Shown here: piece after piece, positions 20,130 to 30,240 of the stretch
Layout: each line of letters starts with the position of its first letter
Numbering within the stretch: position 1 is the stretch's first letter
From: Hyalangium minutum
GTDB lineage: Bacteria; Myxococcota; Myxococcia; Myxococcales; Myxococcaceae
Length of the DNA: 64,000 bases
Direction of reading: 5' to 3'
NCBI RefSeq assembly: GCF_000737315.1
Contig: NZ_JMCB01000008.1
Span: 62,001 to 126,000, forward strand
Position numbers and translations under genes: made by a program
The notes under the pieces: model-generated
The model's database searches: none
The model's input: only the letters and a program-made list of their open reading frames with translations
What the model was told of the DNA's origin: nothing

Positions 20130-21047
20130 ATGCACGGTTGGCGACTGCGTGTTGGGGTGAGCATCTTGGTCGGCGGGCTCCTGAGCCCTGCCCTGGTCTC
20201 GGCTCGGCCGGCCTTCCCCTCGCCCCTCCTCTTCCAGCTGGGGCCCACGAATCCGGAGATCACCCGCGCCCAGGAGCAGATCGAGCAAGGGGACTTCGAG
20301 GACGCCGTGAAGACCCTGCAGGCGGGCCTGGACAAGCCGGACGTCACGGATGACCAGCTCGTGGAGCTCTACCGCCTGCTCGGGCTGGCCTCGCTCTACC
20401 TGGGCGACGAGGCGCGGGCCCGCGAGGCCTATGAGCGCCTGCTCCAGGCCCGGCCGGACTTCGAGCTGTCTCGCAACGCGCCGCCCAAGCTGCGCAACCT
20501 CTACGCGCGCATCAAGGAGGACATCAAGAGCCGGCGCGTCCGCCCCGTGACGCTCACGGTGGACCCCATCCCGGATCCCCAGGGCGGTGAGCCGGTGACG
20601 GTGGACGCGCGCATCCAGGACATGGCCCTGGGCGCCAAGGCGAAGATCTTCTACCGGCGCGCCGGCGACCAGGCCTTCAACTCCGTGGACTTCATCCGCG
20701 ACCGCTCCACCTCTAATAAGGAGAAGGAGCGCTACCGCGCCACCCTGCCCGCCTACGAGCTCCCCGCCGAGGCCACCGCCTACGAGGTGGAGTACTACTT
20801 CGAGGTGGCGGACGCGGCGCAGCGGCGGCTGGCGGGCCGGGGCGACTCCTTCCACCCGCTCGTGTTCCAGGTCCTGCCCCAGCAGGCGGGCCAACCCGCA
20901 GCGACTGCCTCCCGCCCTTGGTACAAGAGCCCCTGGCTCTGGGTCGCCGTGGGCGCAGTGGCCGTCGGAGGCACCGCCGCGGGTGTCGCCATCGCCACCT
21001 CCGAGGAGCGCGGCCGCGTCCCCGTCACCATCCGCGTCAATCCATGA
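20130..21047 (+). CDS. Exported TPR-like/Ig-like protein with C-terminal hydrophobic segment
   Basis: Signal-like N-terminus, TPR-like helices, beta-rich middle region, PWYKSPWLWVAVGAVAVGG tail. Confidence 0.7.
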   Translation: MHGWRLRVGVSILVGGLLSPALVSARPAFPSPLLFQLGPTNPEITRAQEQIEQGDFEDAVKTLQAGLDKPDVTDDQLVELYRLLGLASLYLGDEARAREAYERLLQARPDFELSRNAPPKLRNLYARIKEDIKSRRVRPVTLTVDPIPDPQGGEPVTVDARIQDMALGAKAKIFYRRAGDQAFNSVDFIRDRSTSNKEKERYRATLPAYELPAEATAYEVEYYFEVADAAQRRLAGRGDSFHPLVFQVLPQQAGQPAATASRPWYKSPWLWVAVGAVAVGGTAAGVAIATSEERGRVPVTIRVNP

Positions 21048-21550
21048 GCCCGCGTCCTCTTCCGCTTGCTTTGCTGCTCCTCCCGCTCGCCGCTGGCTGT
21101 GGCGAGGACTTCCACCCTGGCACAGCCCGCTTCGGGGTAGACCTCCTCGTGGACAAGGCCGTCGCGAGCCAGCTCTCCGCCTTTCAGATCGCGGTCCTTC
21201 CCAATGGGAAGCAGCGCAACTGCACGGACCTCCAGAGGATGTGCCTGCGCTCGCAGGTGAAGATCGACGAGCTGCTGGTGCTGCACGACGGCAAGGGCGC
21301 CGAGGGCCGCGCCCTCCGCTTCCCGGTGAACCTGACCGGCACCGGCGGCACCACGCAAGACGTCAGCGTGGAGGTGCCCGTGGGCCGCGACTACGCGCTC
21401 GTCATCGAGGCGCTGTCCGTGGACAACCCTCCTCAGTTCCTGGGCAGCTCCTGCAACCGCCTACCGGAGGTCAACGCGAGCCGGAACGATCCGATCCTCG
21501 CCGAGCCCATCACCCTGACCTCCGTGGCGTGCGATCCCACCATCCCCTGA
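21044..21550 (+). CDS. Hypothetical lipoprotein
   Basis: MSPRPLPLALLLLPLAAG-C lipobox; ATGA-coupled to the upstream gene; four further Cys. Confidence 0.75.
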   Translation: MSPRPLPLALLLLPLAAGCGEDFHPGTARFGVDLLVDKAVASQLSAFQIAVLPNGKQRNCTDLQRMCLRSQVKIDELLVLHDGKGAEGRALRFPVNLTGTGGTTQDVSVEVPVGRDYALVIEALSVDNPPQFLGSSCNRLPEVNASRNDPILAEPITLTSVACDPTIP

Positions 21551-21616
21551 GCCGGGGCCCCGTGCCTGGCCGCCTCCCCGGGGTGCGGCGAGTCTGAACC
21601 AGACACTCTGTGTGGG

Positions 21617-21634
21617 TTTCACATCGCTGTCACA
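21617..21634 (+). promoter_or_regulatory. PHO-box-like direct repeat upstream of the first phoP
   Basis: TTTCACA-tcgc-TGTCACA, 11-bp period. Confidence 0.65.
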
Positions 21635-21658
21635 ATGGGATCTGCTAGTGCTAGGGGC

Positions 21659-22339
21659 ATGGCGCGCATCCTGATCATCGAGGACGAGCAGGACCTCGCT
21701 GGACTCGTCGAGTACAACCTGCGCGCGGCGGGGTTCGAGACGGAGACGGCGAACACCGGCGCGGGCGGCCTGGCCAAGGCCCGGGCGCGAATGCCGGACC
21801 TCGTGCTGCTGGACCTGATGCTCCCGGACGTGGCCGGCAGCGAGGTGCTCCGGATGCTCAAGAGCGACACGGAGCTGCGCAAGGTGCCCGTCGTCATCGT
21901 CAGCGCCAAGGGCCAGGAGTCCGACCGCATCCAGGGCCTGGAGCTGGGCGCGGATGACTACGTGGTGAAGCCCTTCTCCGTCCGCGAGCTGATGCTGCGG
22001 GTCAGGGCGGTGCTGCGGCGCTCGGACGCGGACGAGGGCCCTGCCGCCCAGCTCACCGCCGGGGACATCCAGCTGGACACCGCCCGCCACCAGGTGCGCG
22101 TGAAGGGCCAGGAGGTGATCCTCACCGCGCTGGAGTTCCGCCTGCTGCGCACGCTGATGGAGCGCGGCGAGCGGGTGCAGACGCGCGAGGTCCTCCTATC
22201 CGACGTCTGGGGCATCCAGGCGGAGATCCACACCCGCACCGTGGACACGCACATCAAGCGCCTGCGCGAGAAGCTGGGGCCCGCGGGCGATATCATCGAG
22301 ACGGTCCGCGGCGTCGGCTACAAGCTCAACGTGCCGTGA
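21659..22339 (+). CDS. phoP: PhoB/PhoP-family response regulator (PhoP1-like)
   Basis: Receiver LVLLDLMLPD, GADDYVVKPF, winged helix RTVDTHIKRLREKLG, ETVRGVGY. Confidence 0.9.
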   Translation: MARILIIEDEQDLAGLVEYNLRAAGFETETANTGAGGLAKARARMPDLVLLDLMLPDVAGSEVLRMLKSDTELRKVPVVIVSAKGQESDRIQGLELGADDYVVKPFSVRELMLRVRAVLRRSDADEGPAAQLTAGDIQLDTARHQVRVKGQEVILTALEFRLLRTLMERGERVQTREVLLSDVWGIQAEIHTRTVDTHIKRLREKLGPAGDIIETVRGVGYKLNVP

Positions 22340-22358
22340 GCGCCTCGCTGGGCTGACC

Positions 22359-23717
22359 ATGCGCAACCTCCTCGTGCCGCTGCTGTTGCCCGCGATGGGC
22401 GTCATCGTGGTGCTGGTCGTCCTGGGGACCCCGGGCAGCGCCATCGCCGCGGCCATGGTGACGATGGCGGGCTTCGTCATCGCCATCGTCGCCAGCCGGG
22501 ACAGCATCCAGCGCCAGCTCCAGGTGCTCTTGCGAAAGACACGGGGCCGCATCGAGGGCACTCCCTCAGGGCCCTCCGTCGCCCAGGAGGAGGACACCTT
22601 GGACGAGGTGGCCCACCTGGAAGGAGCCATCCAGTCGCTCCACTCCCGGTTGACCGCTCAGAACGCCCAGCTCTCCCAGGAGACCCGCACCCTCACCGCC
22701 GTGCTGGACAGCATGATCGAGGGCATCTGGATCACCGACGCCCAGGGCACCGTGGTGCACCACAATGACGCCCTGCGCGAGATGCTCCAGCCAGGCAGCA
22801 CGGGGATTGTCGGCCAGCGCCCCCTCGCCCTCATCCGCAACGAGGAGCTGAACGACGCGGTCATTCGCGCCTGCCGCGAGGGCGCCTCCACCCGCCTGGA
22901 GCTGCAGCTGGAGGGGCTCTTTCCCCGCACGCTCGCCATCCGCGTCACCCCCCTGGGCAAGGACCTGCCGGGCAGCGCCGCCGTGTTTCACGATGTGACG
23001 GAGCTGCGGCGGCTGGAGAAGGTCCGCAAGGACTTCGTGGCCAACGTCTCGCACGAGCTGCGCACCCCCATCACCGCCATCCGCGGCTACTCGGAGACGC
23101 TCCAGAGCGGCGCGCTGAAGGACCCGGAGGTGGCTCCCAAGATGGTGGAGATCATCCACCGCCAATCCGAGCGCCTCTCCGAGCTCGTCGAGGACCTGCT
23201 GGAGCTGTCCCGGCTGGAGTCCCGCGAGGTGAAGCTGAACATCTCCCATGTCCCCATGGCCGTGGCCACGGCTCGGGCCGCGGAGACCGTCCGGCCCAAG
23301 GCGGCGGGGAAGAACATCCAGCTGGAGCTCCACGTCCCCACTGACTTGATGGCCCGAGGAGACGAGCGGGCGGTCGAGCAGGTGCTCCTCAACCTGCTGG
23401 ACAACGCAGTGAAGTACACCCCGCCCGGCGGCCGGGTGGACGTCTTCGGCACATTGGAAGAAGGGCGCTGCGTGGTCCGGGTGAAGGACACCGGGGTGGG
23501 CATCGAACCCAAGCACCTGGCCCGAATCTTCGAGCGCTTCTACCGGGTGGACAAAGGTCGCAGCCGGGACATGGGCGGCACGGGCCTGGGGCTCTCCATC
23601 GTGAAGCACCTGGTCGGGGCCATGGAGGGGGAGGTCAAGGTAGAGAGCCAGCCCCAGGTCGGCAGCCTTTTTGCGATTTTTCTCCCTGTGGCTGCCCCGG
23701 AGGCGGCATCCGGGTAG
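22359..23717 (+). CDS. phoR: PhoR-family sensor histidine kinase
   Basis: Two N-terminal TM segments, PAS-like region, RKDFVANVSHELRTP, NLLDNAVKY, FYRVDKGRSRDMGGTGLGL. Confidence 0.92.
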   Translation: MRNLLVPLLLPAMGVIVVLVVLGTPGSAIAAAMVTMAGFVIAIVASRDSIQRQLQVLLRKTRGRIEGTPSGPSVAQEEDTLDEVAHLEGAIQSLHSRLTAQNAQLSQETRTLTAVLDSMIEGIWITDAQGTVVHHNDALREMLQPGSTGIVGQRPLALIRNEELNDAVIRACREGASTRLELQLEGLFPRTLAIRVTPLGKDLPGSAAVFHDVTELRRLEKVRKDFVANVSHELRTPITAIRGYSETLQSGALKDPEVAPKMVEIIHRQSERLSELVEDLLELSRLESREVKLNISHVPMAVATARAAETVRPKAAGKNIQLELHVPTDLMARGDERAVEQVLLNLLDNAVKYTPPGGRVDVFGTLEEGRCVVRVKDTGVGIEPKHLARIFERFYRVDKGRSRDMGGTGLGLSIVKHLVGAMEGEVKVESQPQVGSLFAIFLPVAAPEAASG

Positions 23718-23729
23718 GATAACGGCACG

Positions 23730-24722
23730 ATGCGGGTCGCTATCCTCGCGGACATTCACGGCAATCTCCCCGCCTGCGAGGCTGTCCTCGAGGACATCGA
23801 GCGGATGGCGCCCGACTACATTGTCGCCGCCGGGGATCTCGCGCTGCGAGGCGCCCACCCTCGCGAGACGGTGGAGCTGCTCGCCGACAAGTGCGACGCG
23901 CTGTTGATGGGCAACACGGACTGCTACCTCGCAGGCAACTACCTGGGCGGCGCCTACCGCGACCGGGACCACTGGAAGACGGAACTGCTCCGGTGGACGC
24001 GAGACCAGCTGGGCGAGGCCCACCTCAAGATGCTCGGCGCCCTGCCCTTCTCCATCCGCTACTCGCCGCGCAAGGGCCAGGACCTGTTCGTCTGCCACGC
24101 GAACCCGAAGAACCTCGAGGAGTCGCTGGACCCCACGCTGGACGAAATGTCCGTGCGCCGCTTCTTCATGCACCTGGACGCGGCCGCCTGTGCCTTCGGG
24201 CACCTGCACTTCCCCTACCGCCGCCGCGTGGGCCGGATGATCATCGCCGACGTGGCCAGCGCGGGGATTCCTCGAGACGGAGACCTGCGTCCCGCCTACG
24301 GCATCTTCACGTACACGCCCAAGGGCTGGCGCGTGCAGATCCGCCGGGTGCGCTACCCGGTGCGCAAAGCCACCCAGGCGCTCACCGCGCGCAAGGTCCC
24401 GGGCGGCCCCATCCTCATCCACAAGCTCGTCGAGGCGCGCTACCGCCACCACCACGCGCTGCTGGAGGCCGCGCGCCGCCACTCGGGCCTGCCACCTCCG
24501 GGCCCCGTGCTGCGTCCGCCTCCGGGTGCGCCCGTTCGCAACCTGGTCACCGAGATGCCTGTCGCGGAGGAGCCGCCCGTACCGCGAGACGAGGCCGAGG
24601 CCGCCGCCCTGCGCCAGGAGGCGGTGGACCCCACGGACCTCGGCCACGCCCAGGCTGCGGCGCTGTCGAACGAGCCCGCGCTCGCCGCACAGCTCGAGAA
24701 CGTCAACGACATGGACGGCTGA
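23730..24722 (+). CDS. PPP-family metallophosphoesterase/protein phosphatase (Pph2-like)
   Basis: DIHGN, GDL, GNTD, CHA and GHLH metal-binding motifs. Confidence 0.88.
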   Translation: MRVAILADIHGNLPACEAVLEDIERMAPDYIVAAGDLALRGAHPRETVELLADKCDALLMGNTDCYLAGNYLGGAYRDRDHWKTELLRWTRDQLGEAHLKMLGALPFSIRYSPRKGQDLFVCHANPKNLEESLDPTLDEMSVRRFFMHLDAAACAFGHLHFPYRRRVGRMIIADVASAGIPRDGDLRPAYGIFTYTPKGWRVQIRRVRYPVRKATQALTARKVPGGPILIHKLVEARYRHHHALLEAARRHSGLPPPGPVLRPPPGAPVRNLVTEMPVAEEPPVPRDEAEAAALRQEAVDPTDLGHAQAAALSNEPALAAQLENVNDMDG

Positions 24723-24774
24723 CACACAGGCGTCGCTTGCCTGTGTCCGGAGCCAGGGATAGGGACGGCGCTCC

Positions 24775-25269
24775 ATGTCCGTCCACATGCTTCCGTTGAT
24801 GATTGTCCGCCACGCGGTGGCGGAGGATGAACACCCGCTCGGTGACGAGGCCCGCGCCCTCACCTCCGAAGGCCGCGCCGCCTTCCGCCAGCATGCACGC
24901 AAGCTCGCGCGCCTCACCCCACTGACGGGCATCGTCACGAGCCCGCTGGTGCGCGCCGTTCAGACAGCGGAGATCCTCGCCGAGGCCTTCGGCATCGGAC
25001 AGGTGGAGGTGCACGGCGCGCTGCTGCCCCACGCGAACGCGCACAAGCGCATCCTGGAGCTGGCCTTGGAGCTGGGTCAGGGCTGGGCGCTGGTGGGCCA
25101 CAACCCGGGGCTGGCCCGCGCCGGTGCGCGAGCGCTCGGCGAGGAGCTTCCAGACAAACTGCGCAAGGGTACCGTGCTGGCGCTGAACCCTTCCGGCAAG
25201 CGCTTCGAGCTGGCCTGGTTCGCCTCACCCGGGCGGGCCGTGCTGCGCCCCGGCGAGCGCCGCTCCTGA
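24775..25269 (+). CDS. sixA: SixA-like histidine phosphatase family protein
   Basis: IVRHA, LTSEGR, TSPLVRAVQTAEI, LVGHNP. Confidence 0.85.
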   Translation: MSVHMLPLMIVRHAVAEDEHPLGDEARALTSEGRAAFRQHARKLARLTPLTGIVTSPLVRAVQTAEILAEAFGIGQVEVHGALLPHANAHKRILELALELGQGWALVGHNPGLARAGARALGEELPDKLRKGTVLALNPSGKRFELAWFASPGRAVLRPGERRS

Positions 25270-25277
25270 GCACCGGT

Positions 25278-25360
25278 TGTCACAGGCCTGCAACACGGCC
25301 GCGCAACCCTGCGAAATCCCAGTGCACGCTTCGTCACGCAGTTGTTTCACCTGCGTCACG
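25278..25360 (+). promoter_or_regulatory. PHO-box-like repeats upstream of the second phoP
   Basis: TGTCACA (25278) and TGCAACA (25289) are 11 bp apart; CGTCACG at 25332 and 25354 are 22 bp apart. Confidence 0.55.
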
Positions 25361-25395
25361 ATGCCGCAAACGGCGAGGACTATCTCTGCGCCGTC

Positions 25396-26085
25396 ATGTC
25401 CCACGTCCTCATCGTCGATGACGAGCGAGATCTCGCCGAGCTCATCGACTTCAACCTGAAGTCGGCTGGCTTCTCCACCCAAGTCGCCTCGACGGGCGAG
25501 GCGGCCCTCTCCGCGGCAAGGCAGCAGCGGCCCGATCTCGTCCTGCTGGACCTGATGCTCCCGGACATGCCCGGCACGGAGGTATGCCGGCAGCTCCGAG
25601 CGGGAGCGAACACCCGGGACATCCTTATCGTCATGCTCACCGCCAAGGGCGAGGAGGCGGACCGCGTGCTCGGCTTCGAGGTAGGCGCGGACGACTACGT
25701 CACCAAGCCCTTCAGCGTCCGCGAGCTGGTGCTGCGCCTGAAGGCCATCCTGCGCCGCAGCGGGGCGCCGAAGGACAGCGTGGCGCCCGTGACGCTCGGA
25801 TCCCTCAAGCTGGACGTGGGCGCCCACCGCTTCTACGTGGAGGGCAAGGAAGTCCCCCTCACCGCGCTGGAGTTCCGCCTCCTGGAGTACTTGATGACGC
25901 GCGTAGGCCGCGTGCAGTCGCGCGAGCAGCTCCTCGAGGAAGTCTGGGGCCTGTCCAGCGCACTCGAGACGCGCACCATCGACACCCACGTGATGCGCCT
26001 GCGCGACAAGCTCGGGCCCGCGCGCACCTCCCTCGAGACGGTGCGCGGTGTCGGCTACCGAATCGTCGACTCCGCTGCCTCCTGA
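25396..26085 (+). CDS. phoB: PhoB-family response regulator upstream of pst (PhoP4-like)
   Basis: MSHVLIVDDE, DLMLPD, GADDYVTKPF, RTIDTHVMRLRDKLG; no adjacent kinase of its own. Confidence 0.88.
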   Translation: MSHVLIVDDERDLAELIDFNLKSAGFSTQVASTGEAALSAARQQRPDLVLLDLMLPDMPGTEVCRQLRAGANTRDILIVMLTAKGEEADRVLGFEVGADDYVTKPFSVRELVLRLKAILRRSGAPKDSVAPVTLGSLKLDVGAHRFYVEGKEVPLTALEFRLLEYLMTRVGRVQSREQLLEEVWGLSSALETRTIDTHVMRLRDKLGPARTSLETVRGVGYRIVDSAAS

Positions 26086-26180
26086 AGAGGCGTGACCCAT
26101 TTGGCACTCGCGCGCCGCGAAACAGCCACAGACACCCCATAAATCGCCCGCGCCGCTATCCACTGGAGTTGCACACCCCG

Positions 26181-27422
26181 ATGAAAAACGTCCTTGTTGC
26201 TCTGATGACCTTGGCCTCGAGTGCCGCGCTGGCGCAGGCCGCCGAGCCGCAGCCGGCCACGGGTGCCACGCCCGCAGCCGAGACCTCCGAGGCCCCCGCC
26301 GCCCCCGCCGCCCCCTCCGTGGAGGAGCGGCTGACCACCACCGAGGGCAAGGTCGCGGCGCTCGAGGAGCAGAACATCGAGACGAAGAACGATCTCGGCA
26401 TCCTCAAGAAGCTCAAGTTCTCCGGCTACATCCAGGCGCGCTACCAGTACCAGCAGACGGACTACGACGAGGCCGCGCCGGAGCTGAAGCTGACGGACGG
26501 CTTCAGCCGCTTCACCGTGCGCCGCGGCCGCATCAAGGCGGCCTACACCGGCGATACGGGCCTGGCGATGATCCAAGTCGACATCATCCCCACGGCGGTG
26601 CAGCTGCGAGACGCGGAGGCCACGCTCTTCATCCCCGGGACCAAGCAGAACCTGTCCATCACGCTGGGCCAGATGAAGGTGCCGTTCAACTTCGAGGGCC
26701 CCTTCTCCTCCAGCGAGCGCGAGTTCCCTGAGCGCTCCCGCATGACGGGCGCCTTCCTCCCGGGCGAGCGGGATCGCGGCGTCCGGCTCAACGGCAAGTA
26801 CGGCGCCCTGCGCGCCGCCGCTGGCGTCTTCGATGGCAACGCCATGAACAACGTGGGCTTCGTCGGCACGGACAATGACAAGGAGAAGGACGTCATTGGC
26901 CGCCTGGGCTTTGACCTGAAGTGGATCTCCGGCGGCATGTCCGGTTGGAAGGGCCTCACCCTGGGCAAGCGCAATGGGGACACTACGCGGAAGGCCTACC
27001 CGCGCACCCGCCTCGGTGCCGACCTTCAGGTCTATCTGGATCTGGTGCCCGTGGGCGGCACGGCCTTCAAGGCGGAGTACGCCACCGGGAAGACCTACCA
27101 GCGCAACAACGTCGAGCAGCTCGGCCTCCCCGCGAGTGGCTGGTGGGCGCAGATCGCCCAGAACATCGGTGTGTCGGACGAGGCGGTCGTCCGCTACGAG
27201 TACTTCGACTACGAGAACGGCCGGCCCGCCCAGGAGAGCGGCAGCAAGCTGGGCGCCAACAACGCCATCGGCACGCTGGGCCTCGCGTACATCCACTACT
27301 TCGGCGAGACCGTGAAGCTCACTGCGGCCTACGAGCTCAACAAGACCGAGACCGTCAAGGACGGCACCGCCGAGGACCCCACCGACAACCTCTTCACCCT
27401 GCAGCTGCAGGCCCGTTACTAG
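26181..27422 (+). CDS. Outer-membrane porin, phosphate-selective OprO/OprP-like
   Basis: Signal peptide MKNVLVALM...ALAQA, coiled-coil, FSGYIQARY, GQMKVPF, terminal LQLQARY; sits before pstS. Confidence 0.75.
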   Translation: MKNVLVALMTLASSAALAQAAEPQPATGATPAAETSEAPAAPAAPSVEERLTTTEGKVAALEEQNIETKNDLGILKKLKFSGYIQARYQYQQTDYDEAAPELKLTDGFSRFTVRRGRIKAAYTGDTGLAMIQVDIIPTAVQLRDAEATLFIPGTKQNLSITLGQMKVPFNFEGPFSSSEREFPERSRMTGAFLPGERDRGVRLNGKYGALRAAAGVFDGNAMNNVGFVGTDNDKEKDVIGRLGFDLKWISGGMSGWKGLTLGKRNGDTTRKAYPRTRLGADLQVYLDLVPVGGTAFKAEYATGKTYQRNNVEQLGLPASGWWAQIAQNIGVSDEAVVRYEYFDYENGRPAQESGSKLGANNAIGTLGLAYIHYFGETVKLTAAYELNKTETVKDGTAEDPTDNLFTLQLQARY

Positions 27423-27453
27423 TCCTCTCACCTCTCAAAAGGAGAGCCTTCAC

Positions 27454-28275
27454 ATGAAGAAATTCCTCGCGTCATTCCTCGCCGTCTTCCTGCTGGCCCT
27501 CCCGGTGGTGGCCCAGGCGGGCACCGTCACCGTCAAGGGCTCGGACACCATGGTCATCCTCGGCCAGCGCTGGGCCGAGGAGTTCATGAAGAAGAACCCC
27601 AGCACCAAGCTTCAGGTGACGGGCGGCGGCTCCGGCACGGGCATCTCCGCGCTCATCAACGGCACCACCGACATCTGCATGTCCAGCCGCCCCATCAAGG
27701 ACGCGGAGTCCGAGAAGCTCCGGACCCGCTTCAACACCACCGGCACGGAGATCGCCGTCGCCAAGGACGGCGTCACCTTCTACGTGAACGAGAAGAACCC
27801 GCTCACCTCCCTGACGCAGGAGCAGCTCAAGGGCATCTACCTGGGCGACATCACCAACTGGAAGGACGTCGGCGGCCCGGACGCGCCCATCGTCGTCTAC
27901 TCCCGCGAGAACTCCTCCGGCACCTACGTCTTCGTGAAGGACAACCTGCTCGGGGGGGAGGACTACACCGCCAGCGCGCAGACGCTGCCGGGCACCGCCG
28001 CGGTGGTGAACGCCGTCTCCAAGGAGAAGAACGGCATTGGCTACGGCGGCGCCGCCTACGCCAAGGGCATCAAGGAGCTGAAGATCAAGGTGGGCAGCGC
28101 CGAGGTGGCTCCCAGCGCCGAGAACATCAAGAGCGGCAAGTACCCGCTCTCGCGCGATCTGTACTTCTACCTGCGCAACAAGCCCACCGGTGAGGCGAAG
28201 GCCTTCATCGACTACGCCCTGTCGGCCGAGGGCCAGCAGCTGGTCACCAAGGTGGGCTACTTCCCTGTGAAGTAG
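27454..28275 (+). CDS. pstS: Phosphate ABC transporter substrate-binding protein
   Basis: VKGSDT, GGGSGTG, SRENSSGT, YPLSRDLY. Confidence 0.95.
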   Translation: MKKFLASFLAVFLLALPVVAQAGTVTVKGSDTMVILGQRWAEEFMKKNPSTKLQVTGGGSGTGISALINGTTDICMSSRPIKDAESEKLRTRFNTTGTEIAVAKDGVTFYVNEKNPLTSLTQEQLKGIYLGDITNWKDVGGPDAPIVVYSRENSSGTYVFVKDNLLGGEDYTASAQTLPGTAAVVNAVSKEKNGIGYGGAAYAKGIKELKIKVGSAEVAPSAENIKSGKYPLSRDLYFYLRNKPTGEAKAFIDYALSAEGQQLVTKVGYFPVK

Positions 28276-28277
28276 GT

Positions 28278-28295
28278 CGTCACACGATTGTCACG
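28278..28295 (+). promoter_or_regulatory. PHO-box-like direct repeat between pstS and pstC
   Basis: CGTCACA-cgat-TGTCACG, 11-bp period. Confidence 0.65.
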
Positions 28296-28311
28296 CGAGG
28301 CGCTGAGTCAG

Positions 28312-29322
28312 ATGGATAGAGAAGCCGCCATGCAGCAGGGTCTCGCGGAAACCATGGTCGTGCCGCGGCTGTCTCCGGCGGCGCGGCGACGGCAGCTCCG
28401 GGAGAAGGCCATCGCCGGCCTCATCACGGTGATGGCTTTCACCGGCATTGCCGCGCTGGTGCTCATCATCGTCTTCATCGCGAAGGAGGCGCTGGGGCTC
28501 TTCCTGGATGCCCACGCCCGCGAGGAGGCGAGCCTCGCCAAGATGTTCACGGCCCAGCCCACCCGGCCGGGCAAGCCGCTGGCCTACCTCTGGCAACCGG
28601 TGTCCAACGTGCCGAAGGTGAGCATGATCCCGCTCTTCGTCGGCACGCTGAAGACGACGCTCGTGTCCATGCTGGTGGCGGTGCCGGTGGGCGTGGCGGC
28701 CGCGCTGTTCGCCGCGGAGTTCGCGCCCCGGCGGCTGCGCGAGCTGCTCAAGCCCGTCATCGAGCTGCTGGCGGGCATCCCGTCCGTGGTGCTCGGCTTC
28801 TTCGCGCTGATGGTGCTGGCCTCCTTCCTCCAGGACACCTTTGGCTTCACCTACCGGCTCAACGCCGTGGTCGCGGGCCTGGGGCTGGCGCTGGCCATCG
28901 TGCCCGTCATCTTCACCGTGTCCGAGGACGCACTGACTGCGGTGCCTCGCAGCTACCGGGAGGCCTCGCTGGCGCTGGGGGCCACGCCGTGGGAGACCGC
29001 CTGGAAGGTCGTCCTTCCCGCGGCGGCCCCGGGCATCCTCGCCGCGTGCGTGCTGGGCTTCGGCCGGGCCATCGGTGAGACGATGATCGTCCTGATGGCC
29101 TCGGGTAACGCCGCCGTCGTCTCGGCCAACCTGAGTGACTCGGTGCGCTCGCTGTCGGCGACGATCGCCGCGGAGATGGGCGAGGTGGTGGTGGGCAGCC
29201 CTCACTACTCACTGCTCTTCTTCATCGGCGTGGAGCTGTTCATCTTCACCTTCATCCTGAACATGCTGGCGTCCGCCTGGACGAAGCGCGTCCTCAAGAA
29301 GCTCACGGGAGGTGCCGCGTGA
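28312..29322 (+). CDS. pstC: Phosphate ABC transporter permease PstC
   Basis: ELLAGIPSVV, SEDALTAVP, FGRAIGETM. Start chosen at ATG 28312. Confidence 0.95.
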   Translation: MDREAAMQQGLAETMVVPRLSPAARRRQLREKAIAGLITVMAFTGIAALVLIIVFIAKEALGLFLDAHAREEASLAKMFTAQPTRPGKPLAYLWQPVSNVPKVSMIPLFVGTLKTTLVSMLVAVPVGVAAALFAAEFAPRRLRELLKPVIELLAGIPSVVLGFFALMVLASFLQDTFGFTYRLNAVVAGLGLALAIVPVIFTVSEDALTAVPRSYREASLALGATPWETAWKVVLPAAAPGILAACVLGFGRAIGETMIVLMASGNAAVVSANLSDSVRSLSATIAAEMGEVVVGSPHYSLLFFIGVELFIFTFILNMLASAWTKRVLKKLTGGAA

Positions 29323-30230
29323 AGTACGGCACACGCCGGACATTGGGCGGCGCCCTGACGTCTCTGACGGGGCTGGCCGCGCTCCTCATCGTGGGGATGC
29401 TCGCGGTCATCCTCTGGGACGTAGTCCGAGGCGGCATCGGCCACGTCACCTGGCAGTTCCTCTCCGAGCCTCCCTCGGACGGCATGATGGGCGGCGGCAT
29501 CTTCCCCGCCCTCTATGGCACGGCGGCGCTGACGCTGCTGATGACGCTGGCGGTGATGCCGATGGGCGTACTCACCGCCGTCTATCTGCATGAGTACGCC
29601 CCGCCCGACTCGCAGCTGGCGCGATGGGTCCGGGTGGCCGTCGCCAACTTGGCGGGCGTCCCCTCCATCGTCTTCGGCCTCTTCGGGCTGGGATTCTTCA
29701 TTCACTTCGTCGGCGGCAGCCTGGATCGAGCGCTCGGATATCAGGAGCTGCACTGGGGCCAGCCCGGCATCCTCTGGGCCTCCCTCACGCTGGCGGTGCT
29801 GACGCTGCCGGTGGTCATCGTCGCCACGGAGGAGGCCCTGCGCGCCGTTCCCTTGGATCACCGCACGGCGAGCCTCGCGCTGGGAGCCACCCAGTCCCAG
29901 ACGCTGATTCGGGTGGTGCTGCCGGGCGCGCTTCCGGGCATCCTGACGGGCGCGGTGCTCGCTGTGTCCCGCGGAGCCGGCGAGGTGGCGCCCATCCTCT
30001 TTACCGGCGCGGCCTACTTCCTGCCGGAGCTTCCCTCGTCGCTGAGCTCGCAGTTCATGCACTTGGGCTACCACACGTACGTGCTCGCCACGCAGTCGCC
30101 GGACGTGGAGGCCACCCGTCCCCTCCTCTACGCCACGGTGCTGGTGCTGCTGATGCTCACCTTCGCCCTCAACCTCATCGCGGTTGTCATCCGGACTCGG
30201 ACTCGCCGGAAGGCCGCGAACGCCCACTGA
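29319..30230 (+). CDS. pstA: Phosphate ABC transporter permease PstA
   Basis: [32 protein letters not shown]. Confidence 0.95.
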   Translation: MKYGTRRTLGGALTSLTGLAALLIVGMLAVILWDVVRGGIGHVTWQFLSEPPSDGMMGGGIFPALYGTAALTLLMTLAVMPMGVLTAVYLHEYAPPDSQLARWVRVAVANLAGVPSIVFGLFGLGFFIHFVGGSLDRALGYQELHWGQPGILWASLTLAVLTLPVVIVATEEALRAVPLDHRTASLALGATQSQTLIRVVLPGALPGILTGAVLAVSRGAGEVAPILFTGAAYFLPELPSSLSSQFMHLGYHTYVLATQSPDVEATRPLLYATVLVLLMLTFALNLIAVVIRTRTRRKAANAH

Positions 30231-30240
30231 GACGCCGTCC

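Noticed and set aside
24724-24746. 8-bp hairpin after the phosphatase gene as a terminator
   Set aside because: No U-tract, and the downstream sixA is co-oriented and close; at most a stability element.
22566-24938. 790-aa minus-strand ORF
   Set aside because: Antisense to phoR and the phosphatase gene; no domain signature.
26086-26180. PHO box before the porin gene
   Set aside because: Only a lone inverted GTCAC and weak CACA-like words; no 11-bp-period pair.
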